Part shown: positions 8,756 through 15,607 of the stretch, piece after piece
Position numbering within the stretch: the stretch's first letter is position 1
How the letters are laid out: every line of letters starts with the position of its first letter
Assembly: GCA_023150835.1 (NCBI GenBank)
Contig: JAKLKB010000010.1
Span: 61,036-81,035, forward strand
Direction: 5' to 3'
Source of the DNA: Myxococcota bacterium
GTDB taxonomy: Bacteria > Myxococcota_C > UBA6777
DNA length: 20,000 bases
The notes under the pieces: generated by a model
Databases searched by the model: none
The model's input: the letters and a program-made list of their open reading frames with translations, nothing else
What the model was told of the DNA's origin: nothing
Made by a program: the position numbers and the translations under genes

Positions 8756-10516
8756 TTAAGGTGATACGCAATTGCCCTTGGTTCGGACATTTACGCCGGA
8801 AGATTCGGCGAGACAACTGTTGTTGTAGGTTTTTCCATCGCAACTACAGACTGGATCGAGCAAGTTGGTGCAGCTTTGGGGCTTGGTTTTGCATTGGCCT
8901 TGGCCGGTGCATACGCCGAAGGCAAGGGTGCAATACTCTGTTATTGAGCAATCTTTGTGAGCTGTGCAGGATTTGATGCAGCCGATCTTGGTGCATCCGA
9001 CCGCGCCGTTGTTGCAAGAGCAAGTATTGCAGCCATCGCCCGCAGGAAAAGAAGCGCCGTGTGCGTAGTCAACGCCGTTGTATTGGCAGGTAAGGGGAGT
9101 TTTACAAAAACCGTTGATGCAGATCTGTGTTTTGACGGTGCAGTCTGCGTTGCCGTTGCATTTTGTGCCGCAGCTTAGGGTTGTGCAGGCGACTGCGCCG
9201 TTGTTGCAGGAGCAAGTGTTACAACCATCGCCCGCAGGGAAAGAGGCTCCGTGTTCGTGTCTTGTGCCGTTGTAGAGGCACGTTGCGCCTGCTTGACAGG
9301 TTTCTTTTACGCAGACTTCACCTTTGGCGCAATCGATGTCTGTTTGGCACTTGCTGACGGTTTGGCAAGCCCCTTTGTATTTGACGGAAACGCTCGATGA
9401 TGCGGCGTTACAGGGGTTGTTGTAGGTTTTGTTGTCACAACCGCAGACAAGATCGATCTCACGCGAGCAGGCTTGGGGGATGGGCTCGCAGAAGCCGCCT
9501 TTGTCGGTGGCACCGCAGGTTGCGTCGAACTTGCAATACGAACCTGTGGGACAAAGAGGAAGTCCGCGACTTCCACAGATTCGAGCGCAGGCTCTGTCGG
9601 TACAAGCGACGCTGCCATTTTTGCAGAAGCATTGGTTGCAGCCATCTTTGTCGGTGAAAGCCTCGCCGTCTTTGTATTCTTTGCCTTCATAGAGGCAGGT
9701 CTTGGGAAGGGCCTTACAAGCGCCTTCGTATTTGACCGAGACACCGACAGCAGCGGCTTCGCAGGGATTGTTGTAGGTTTTGTCGTTGCAACCGCAGACG
9801 GGTTCGATGTGATCGGTGCAACCGCGTGGCGTGGGTTCGCAGATGCCGCCTTTGTCGGTAGAACCGCAGGTTGCGTCGAACTTACAGTACGAGCCTGTAG
9901 GGCAAGCAGGAAGGCCGCGACTTCCGCAGGTTTGGACGCAGGCCTTTTGGGTGCAAGCGATCTTTCCATCGCTGCAACTGCAGGTATTGCAGCCGTCTTT
10001 GTCGGGGAAGGACTCGCCATCTTTGTAGTCTTTGCCTTCGTAGGTGCAGCCTTTGGGGGGCGTTGGGCAAGCGCCTTTTGCTTTGACGGAGATCCCGGCT
10101 GTGTGGGCTGCACAAGCGTTCGAGTACGTTTTTTCATCGCAGCCACAAACAGGCGTGGCGTCGCCTGTGCAGGCTTGCGGTTTTTTCTGACAAAACAGCG
10201 GTGTTGTGCCAGACTTGCACAGACCTTCAGGAAAGAGGCAGAAGGAGCCAGCCTCGCAAACAGCGGGGTTGGCGGTGCAGTCTTTGGGTTGGTTTGGGTT
10301 GCAGTCGCGCAGGGTGCAAGCGACTTTGCTGCTGATGCAGGTGCAGGTGTTGCAGCCGTCGGAGGAAGGGAAGGAGGTTCCGCCTTGATGGGTCTTGCCT
10401 TCGTAGGTACACTCGGAAGAGTTGGCGTTGGAAGGGACGCCACAAGCGCTGTTTCCAACCAAGATCCCGAGAAGTAGGCTACAAACAAAGAATCGCGAGA
10501 AGATGTATCGTTGCAT
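8756..10516 (-). CDS. Cys-rich lipoprotein with alternating pacifastin/vWC-like and Kazal-like modules (putative multi-headed protease inhibitor)
   Basis: Start ATG 10516 with GAGG RBS; signal MQRYIFSRFFVCSLLLGILVGNSAC. Five C-x-Y-x-G...DGCNxCxC...CTxxxC modules and four C-x5-(P/L)VC(G/S)C(D/N)xKTY(S/N)NxC...GxC modules; 586 aa. Confidence 0.85.
   Translation of the reverse strand: MQRYIFSRFFVCSLLLGILVGNSACGVPSNANSSECTYEGKTHQGGTSFPSSDGCNTCTCISSKVACTLRDCNPNQPKDCTANPAVCEAGSFCLFPEGLCKSGTTPLFCQKKPQACTGDATPVCGCDEKTYSNACAAHTAGISVKAKGACPTPPKGCTYEGKDYKDGESFPDKDGCNTCSCSDGKIACTQKACVQTCGSRGLPACPTGSYCKFDATCGSTDKGGICEPTPRGCTDHIEPVCGCNDKTYNNPCEAAAVGVSVKYEGACKALPKTCLYEGKEYKDGEAFTDKDGCNQCFCKNGSVACTDRACARICGSRGLPLCPTGSYCKFDATCGATDKGGFCEPIPQACSREIDLVCGCDNKTYNNPCNAASSSVSVKYKGACQTVSKCQTDIDCAKGEVCVKETCQAGATCLYNGTRHEHGASFPAGDGCNTCSCNNGAVACTTLSCGTKCNGNADCTVKTQICINGFCKTPLTCQYNGVDYAHGASFPAGDGCNTCSCNNGAVGCTKIGCIKSCTAHKDCSITEYCTLAFGVCTGQGQCKTKPQSCTNLLDPVCSCDGKTYNNSCLAESSGVNVRTKGNCVSP
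9365..10048 (-). repeat. Intragenic tandem duplication (period 351 bp = 117 aa) of a pacifastin+Kazal unit
   Basis: CCGCAGGTTGCGTCGAACTT occurs at 9513 and 9864; units are 9365-9697 and 9716-10048. A second duplication of period 192 bp has CCATCGCCCGCAGG at 9033 and 9225. Confidence 0.85.
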
Positions 10517-10709
10517 AACGGGCCTCGTGATGGGTGTTTGGCGTCTTTGTGCGGGGTTGTGGGAGAGCGCGGGAAAGACGTTTTGTATCACAGCGGTAGA
10601 CCATTTGTACAGAAGAAGGGTCTCGCCGATCTTGCGACAAGGCCGCAGCGGGGAGATGAGAAGCGCAACGGATCAGAAAGCGGTGGTTGGGTGGCGATGG
10701 AGTGTGTGG

Positions 10710-11735
10710 ATGCAGCCGAAAACAGGAGACGAAGAGCAAGAATTGTTTTTGCATGGTGTGTGTCGGGCGGGGGTGCGACAACAGCCGACGCGGTTGGATT
10801 GTTTTGTGGCCTCGCGTTTTGCGCGGTTTACAAGGGCGCGGGCGCGGCGTGCTTGCAAGATGGGAGCGATCCACGTCAACGGTGTACCCAAAAAGCCCGC
10901 ATATCGGGTGCGTTCTTTGGATGAGATCGCGTTGTGGTTGCCGCATCCGACGGTGATGTCGTTGACGCCGACGCCGATGGCGTTGGATATCGTGTACGAA
11001 GATGCGGATATCTTGGTGATCAACAAAGCAGCGGGTGTGGTGTGTCATCCAAGCCGAGGGCATTGGGAAGGGACCTTGTTGCATGGCTTGTTGCACCATC
11101 TTTGCCCAAATCTACAGGGGGATGCGCTGCAAGACAAAGTCTTTTTGGTGCATCGCTTGGATCGGGGGACGAGTGGTTTGTTGGTGGTGGCGCGGCATCT
11201 TGCGGCGGCGGTGCATTTTTTTGAGCAGATGCAAGCGGGGGAGATCCAACGGATCTACCATGCTTTTGTGTGGGGGAAGTTTCCTTACGACCAAACGACG
11301 GTCGATGCGCCGATCGCGATCGATCCATCTCGTCCGGGCGGGAGTTTTGTTCCAAAAGATCCGAAGGAGGGAAAAGAAGCGATCACACATATCGAGCGGA
11401 TCGCGGAAGGGGCTGACTTTTCGAGAGTTGCGTGCTGCCTTGAGACGGGGCGAACGCATCAGATCCGCGTGCATCTGCAACATCTCGGCTATCCGCTGTT
11501 AGGCGATCCCCACTATGGCGCAACATCCGCTTTTCTTGAGCGGATCGCGGAGGATGCCAAGCCAGAGGCCGAGGGAGGGATATGGTTAGACAAACTTCCG
11601 ACCCGTCAAGCTCTGCATGCAGCGTCGTTGCGTTTTTTGCATCCGACGACGGGCGCACAGATGCGTTTTTCTGCCGAACTACCGCCCGATCTGAAGGTGT
11701 TGTCGGACGTGTTGCAGGGAGCAGATGTGGAGTGA
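10710..11735 (+). CDS. rluD: RluA-family pseudouridine synthase with S4 domain (RluD-like)
   Basis: S4-like RLDCFVA...TRARARRACKMGAIHVNG; LDIVYEDADILVINKAAG; catalytic HRLDRGTSG; LETGRTHQIRVH; PLLGDPHYG; RQALHA. Start placed at ATG 10710 with GGAG RBS. Confidence 0.85.
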   Translation: MQPKTGDEEQELFLHGVCRAGVRQQPTRLDCFVASRFARFTRARARRACKMGAIHVNGVPKKPAYRVRSLDEIALWLPHPTVMSLTPTPMALDIVYEDADILVINKAAGVVCHPSRGHWEGTLLHGLLHHLCPNLQGDALQDKVFLVHRLDRGTSGLLVVARHLAAAVHFFEQMQAGEIQRIYHAFVWGKFPYDQTTVDAPIAIDPSRPGGSFVPKDPKEGKEAITHIERIAEGADFSRVACCLETGRTHQIRVHLQHLGYPLLGDPHYGATSAFLERIAEDAKPEAEGGIWLDKLPTRQALHAASLRFLHPTTGAQMRFSAELPPDLKVLSDVLQGADVE

Positions 11736-11752
11736 TACGAAATTCGTCTACG

Positions 11753-11882
11753 GTGTGATCGCAACATATCGTGGCAGCCCCGCGTTATGCGGGATCGCGC
11801 AACCTGTGCTGTCTTCGCGTGTGATCGCAATATGTCGGGGCCACAGGGGGCTGCCCAACCACAGGGCGTTATGCGGGATCGC
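11753..11882 (+). repeat. REP-like element family A, two degenerate tandem units
   Basis: GTGTGATCGCAA at 11753 and 11819; GCGTTATGCGGGATCGC at 11782 and 11866; core GGGGCCACAGGGGGCTGCCCAACCACAGGGC resembles the cores at 13793-13835 and 15499-15540. Confidence 0.7.
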
Positions 11883-12025
11883 ACCTACCCTTCGAGTACA
11901 CTGTCTCTCGGGGATTGTATGAGCATCGTGAGCGTTGGAATGGGCGGTGAAAAGGGCGAATCGAGGAGACGATTGATCTTGGTGTGTTTCTCTGTTAGAG
12001 CAGCGGCGCGTTTTTGTGGGGTTTG

Positions 12026-12152
12026 TTTTGTGGGGTGCTACCCCACACCCCGCAAGGGAACTGCGTCCCCTTGACCCCGTGTTGGCGGGGTGAACAGAGG
12101 TTTTTCAAGCCGGCGATGGTCCCGCTTGAAGTGCCGCGAACACGGGGGTTTT
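12026..12152 (+). repeat. Structured dispersed element, family B, copy 2
   Basis: TTTTGTGGGGTGCTACCCCACACCCCGCAAGGG...CCCTTGACCCCGTGTTGGCGG...GTTTTTCAAGC...GCTTGAAGTGCCGCGAACACGGGGGTTTT, with several nested stems. Confidence 0.8.
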
Positions 12153-12245
12153 GTCCTCGGCGTTGGTCTTGTGTGGGTTGGTTGTGATACAAAAGCACGT
12201 GTCCCAAAACGGGCGGGTGTTTGGGTTATTTTGGAGGGTTTTGCG

Positions 12246-13754
12246 ATGAAGATACCACGTTCTTCGGGTGTGTTGATGCACCCCACGTCTTTGCCGGGGC
12301 CGTATGGTGTGGGTGATTTGGGTGGAGCGGCGCGTTATTTTTTGGATCGTTTGCGTGATGCGCATCAGCGTTGGTGGCAGATCTTGCCGTTGAATCCGGC
12401 GGGATATGGTGGTTCGCCTTATTCGGCAACGTCGGCGTTTGCGGGCAATCCGATCTTGATCGATCTCGAAGATCTGGCTCATCACGGATGGCTCGAAGCC
12501 TCGGAGCTTTTGGAACTTCGGCAGCTTTGTGCGACCTTGCCAGAAGAAAAGTATGTGATGGAAGTGGTGCAACCTGCGCGTCTCAAGCTGTTGACAAAGG
12601 CATGGCAGCGTTGGCACGCAAAGGGCGGAAACCACGAAGCATCGTATCAGGCATTTTGCAAAAAGCATATTCATTGGCTCGAAGACTACGCGCTTTTCGC
12701 AACGCTCAAAGAAGTGTTTAACGACAAGGCGTGGACAGAGTGGGGCGACAAAGCGTTGATTGCGCGGCAACCAGCGGCGTTGGCGAAGGCCTACAAACAT
12801 CACGCGGATGCGGTGGAGCGACATCGTTTTTGGCAGTGGTTGTTTTTCCGTCAATGGCATGCTTTGCGCGACGAAGCGCGTAAGCGCGGCGTATCGTTGA
12901 TCGGGGATATCCCGATCTTCGTTGCGATGGATAGCGCCGATACATGGGCGAATCGCGAGATCTTTCGCGTGCATCAAGACGGCTCGTTCGACGTGGTGGC
13001 AGGGGTTCCACCCGATTATTTCAGCGAGACAGGGCAAAAGTGGGGCAATCCCCTGTATCGTTGGGATATCTTGGCGAAAACGGATTATCGTTGGTGGGTG
13101 CAACGCATCCACATGGCGATGGAAACGGTGGATCTGATCCGCATCGATCACTTCCGAGGTTTCGAGTCATATTGGGAAGTTCCTGCAAAAAATAAAACGG
13201 CGATCCAAGGCCGTTGGTTAAAGGGACCCGAGCAGCCCTTTTTTGATGCGATCCGCCGACAGCTTGGGGGCGTTCCGTTTATTGCCGAAGATCTGGGGAT
13301 GATCACCGAAGCGGTGTATACCTTGCGCGATCACAACCAGCTACCCGGGATGAAGATCGTGCAATTTGCCTTTGATGATGGAGATCCCAACCACATCTTT
13401 TTGCCGCACACCTATCCCGAAGGCTGCGTGGCTTACACAGGCACACACGACAACGACACCACCCAAGGTTGGTACGACAGTGCCACCGAAGAGATCCGCC
13501 ACCGCGTGCGCACATATTTTCAACACGGCGATTACGATATGGTGTGGCGTATCATTCAGGGATTGCTCGACTCACGGGCTTGTTTGACGGTGTTTCCTGT
13601 ACAAGATATCTATCCGCTCGGTACACGCGCCCGAATGAATGTCCCGGGTACAGACTCTGGAAACTGGCATTGGCGGATGACCGAATCGCTCTTGCAGATG
13701 CAAGGGGTGTGGACGCGCCTTGGACAACTGACCGCTAACGCCCACCGAGGCTAA
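12246..13754 (+). CDS. malQ: 4-alpha-glucanotransferase (amylomaltase, GH77)
   Basis: RBS GGAGG; MKIPRSSGVLMHPTSLPG, WQILPLNP, SPYSATSAFAGN, IGDIPIFV, AGVPPDYFSETGQKWGNPLY, RIDHFRGF, IAEDLG, YTGTHDNDT, RMNVPGT; 502 aa. Confidence 0.96.
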   Translation: MKIPRSSGVLMHPTSLPGPYGVGDLGGAARYFLDRLRDAHQRWWQILPLNPAGYGGSPYSATSAFAGNPILIDLEDLAHHGWLEASELLELRQLCATLPEEKYVMEVVQPARLKLLTKAWQRWHAKGGNHEASYQAFCKKHIHWLEDYALFATLKEVFNDKAWTEWGDKALIARQPAALAKAYKHHADAVERHRFWQWLFFRQWHALRDEARKRGVSLIGDIPIFVAMDSADTWANREIFRVHQDGSFDVVAGVPPDYFSETGQKWGNPLYRWDILAKTDYRWWVQRIHMAMETVDLIRIDHFRGFESYWEVPAKNKTAIQGRWLKGPEQPFFDAIRRQLGGVPFIAEDLGMITEAVYTLRDHNQLPGMKIVQFAFDDGDPNHIFLPHTYPEGCVAYTGTHDNDTTQGWYDSATEEIRHRVRTYFQHGDYDMVWRIIQGLLDSRACLTVFPVQDIYPLGTRARMNVPGTDSGNWHWRMTESLLQMQGVWTRLGQLTANAHRG

Positions 13755-13792
13755 GGCGGTATCCAAGAGAGGCGCACACAAAGGCAGAGTAT

Positions 13793-13882
13793 GTAGATGC
13801 CCTATGATTGGGCAGCCACAGGGGGCTGCCTCTACCTCTTTACGCCCACACAAGCTGCCCCTACCTCTTTACGCTCACACAA
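13793..13882 (-). repeat. REP-like element family A (GTAG-hairpin) with a 29-bp tandem duplication
   Basis: Minus strand GTAGAGGCAGCCCCCTGTGGCTGCCCAATCATAGGGCATCTAC (13835-13793). The 29-bp units 13825-13853 and 13854-13882 are 27/29 identical. Confidence 0.75.
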
Positions 13883-13931
13883 CGGGCGGATTTCGTATAA
13901 AGCGATGCCGCAGACAAAGAAGCAGCTCTCG

Positions 13932-14056
13932 AAACCCCCCGTGTTCGGGCTGCTTCAAGCGACGGTGCTGTGGGATTGAAAAACGACGCTTGTCTCGCCG
14001 ATACGGGGTCAAGGGGCGTCAGTCTATGGCGGGGTATGGTACCTCGCCCCGCAAAA
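13932..14056 (-). repeat. Structured dispersed element, family B, copy 3
   Basis: Reverse complement TTTTGCGGGGCGAGGTACCATACCCCGC...CCCCTTGACCCCGTATCGGCG...GTTTTTCAA...CGCTTGAAGCAGCCCGAACACGGGGGGTTT is colinear with 12026-12152. Confidence 0.8.
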
Positions 14057-14077
14057 TCTATCCTGCAACCTGTCGTG

Positions 14078-15298
14078 TTAGCTGATACCACGCAACAGCA
14101 GATGCCAATGAAGTCGGGGGAGGAGATGGCGTTCGACGATCCAAGGGAGGAAGCCTTCTTTGGAGAGGTCGAGCAGGAAAGAGCGGCGGGGTTGGCTGTC
14201 TTCAAACTCGGCAAGAAGGGCGCGTTGGGGGGCGATCTCGATGGGGAGGTAGTGGTGGTTTTTATAGCGAGAGAACAGGGCGGGGCCGACGCCGCGCATG
14301 GCTTTGACGAGGTTGTCGGTGACGACGGGGATCTGTTTGCGCAGATGGAGTCCGGGCTTGGCTTCGGGTTCTGCAAGCATATCGCCTGCGGCAAAGACGT
14401 GTTTGTATTTGGGATGTTGGAGGGTGGTGGGGTCGATCTCGATCCAACCTTTGAGGGGCTTTTTGGCGGCGGTTTTGGCTTTGGTGATGTGTTTGGGGGG
14501 TGTGATCTCGGGCATGATGTGAAGCAGATCGTAGGAAAGCTCGACGGTGCTTTCTTTTTTGCCTTCTTCGTTCAAGATCTCGAAGTGAGCGAGTTGGTTG
14601 GCGGGATCGATCTTTTTGAGGCTGTGACGATGTTTGATCTCGATGCCCTTGCGTTGGAGGATATCGCCGATGGTTCCTTGGAGGGCGGGGATCTCAAAGA
14701 CCGAACCTTCGGTGGTGCAAAAGAAGATCTTGGTTTTTTCGCGCAAGCCTTTTTTGCGCAGCATCTCGTCGAACAGAAACATCACCCGATGCGCGTGCGC
14801 CCCCATCGCTCCCGCCATCTGGTGTGTAAAAATCGCTGTTCCTCCCGCAAAGATATCCAATTCTTTTTGGGCGACAGCCAGATGTTCTTGTCCAAAGATC
14901 GATGCCACACCATCCCCACCAAGGGCCTCTTCTGCACCCTTGATCCCGCTAAAATCAAATTCGGCTTCGGGCGCAAGCACGATGTACTCGAAGTTGTACT
15001 TGGCTTTGTCTTCCGTCTCGATCACGCGCTCCAAGACATCGAGCTTTTTGATCTCCGAACGCACCCACCGAATCCCTTCGGGCAGATAGTCCCGCAACAA
15101 ACGCACGGACTCTTCGGGCTTTGCATATCCTGCTCCCACCAACGGCCAAAGATCGCGGTACTCTAAGCTCATCGATGTCTCAAAAAGTGTCACATCCGGC
15201 CTTTTGAGCATTCGAAACAATCGAGCCGCAACCGCAACTCCTGCTGCGCCTCCACCCACAATAGCGACTTTTTTTCGATTCGGTGACAACAGCGTCAT
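14078..15298 (-). CDS. FAD-dependent oxidoreductase, type II sulfide:quinone oxidoreductase-like, catalytic cysteines absent
   Basis: ATG 15298 with AAGGA RBS; Rossmann motif VAIVGGGAAG; WPLVGAG, GTAIFT, YDLLHIMP, GWIEIDPTTLQHPKYKHVFAAGD, RKQIPVV, LLAEF and a C-terminal LLPRLHWHLLLRG, all matching the SqrB/SQOR layout; 406 aa. Confidence 0.8.
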   Translation of the reverse strand: MTLLSPNRKKVAIVGGGAAGVAVAARLFRMLKRPDVTLFETSMSLEYRDLWPLVGAGYAKPEESVRLLRDYLPEGIRWVRSEIKKLDVLERVIETEDKAKYNFEYIVLAPEAEFDFSGIKGAEEALGGDGVASIFGQEHLAVAQKELDIFAGGTAIFTHQMAGAMGAHAHRVMFLFDEMLRKKGLREKTKIFFCTTEGSVFEIPALQGTIGDILQRKGIEIKHRHSLKKIDPANQLAHFEILNEEGKKESTVELSYDLLHIMPEITPPKHITKAKTAAKKPLKGWIEIDPTTLQHPKYKHVFAAGDMLAEPEAKPGLHLRKQIPVVTDNLVKAMRGVGPALFSRYKNHHYLPIEIAPQRALLAEFEDSQPRRSFLLDLSKEGFLPWIVERHLLPRLHWHLLLRGIS

Positions 15299-15483
15299 CT
15301 CGGATTCCTTTCTGTGCGATATCTTTGCTCTGAAGCACGGTCCTGAGATCCATCCAGCCAAAAACACGCGCACTCTACCCGATATCTTTAAAAAGCAGAA
15401 GAGTCCACGCAAAGGCACGCAAAGGCACAGAAAGAAGCGGAACCTCGTGTTGGAAAGCACCGAATGGACGATATCCGCCGAGG

Positions 15484-15540
15484 GTGTGATCGCAAAACGT
15501 AAGGGCAGCCCCCGTGTCTGCCCAACCGTAGGGCATCTAC
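15484..15540 (+). repeat. REP-like element family A
   Basis: GTGTGATCGCAAAACGTAAGGGCAGCCCCCGTGTCTGCCCAACCGTAGGGCATCTAC shares its leader with 11753/11819 and its core with the reverse complement of 13793-13835. Confidence 0.75.
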
Positions 15541-15607
15541 GGTGGATAGCATCGACCCTCTGTGTACGCGTCTTTCGGAGATCGTCGAAGACCCGCGAGA
15601 TAGTGGG

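Noticed and set aside
10422-10709. Overlap of the extended rluD ORF with the Cys-rich gene
   Set aside because: It disappears when the RBS-supported starts (10710 + and 10516 -) are used, leaving a normal divergent intergenic region.
13970-15166. 398-aa + strand ORF, and similar long antisense or off-frame ORFs (7627-8613, 9307-10488, 9473-10477, 16511-17248, 18750-19541)
   Set aside because: They overlap well-supported genes, carry no recognisable motifs and have shadow-ORF composition.
15406-15428. Short tandem CACGCAAAGG x2 upstream of the Sqr-like gene
   Set aside because: Only two 10-bp units, with no further support for a function.
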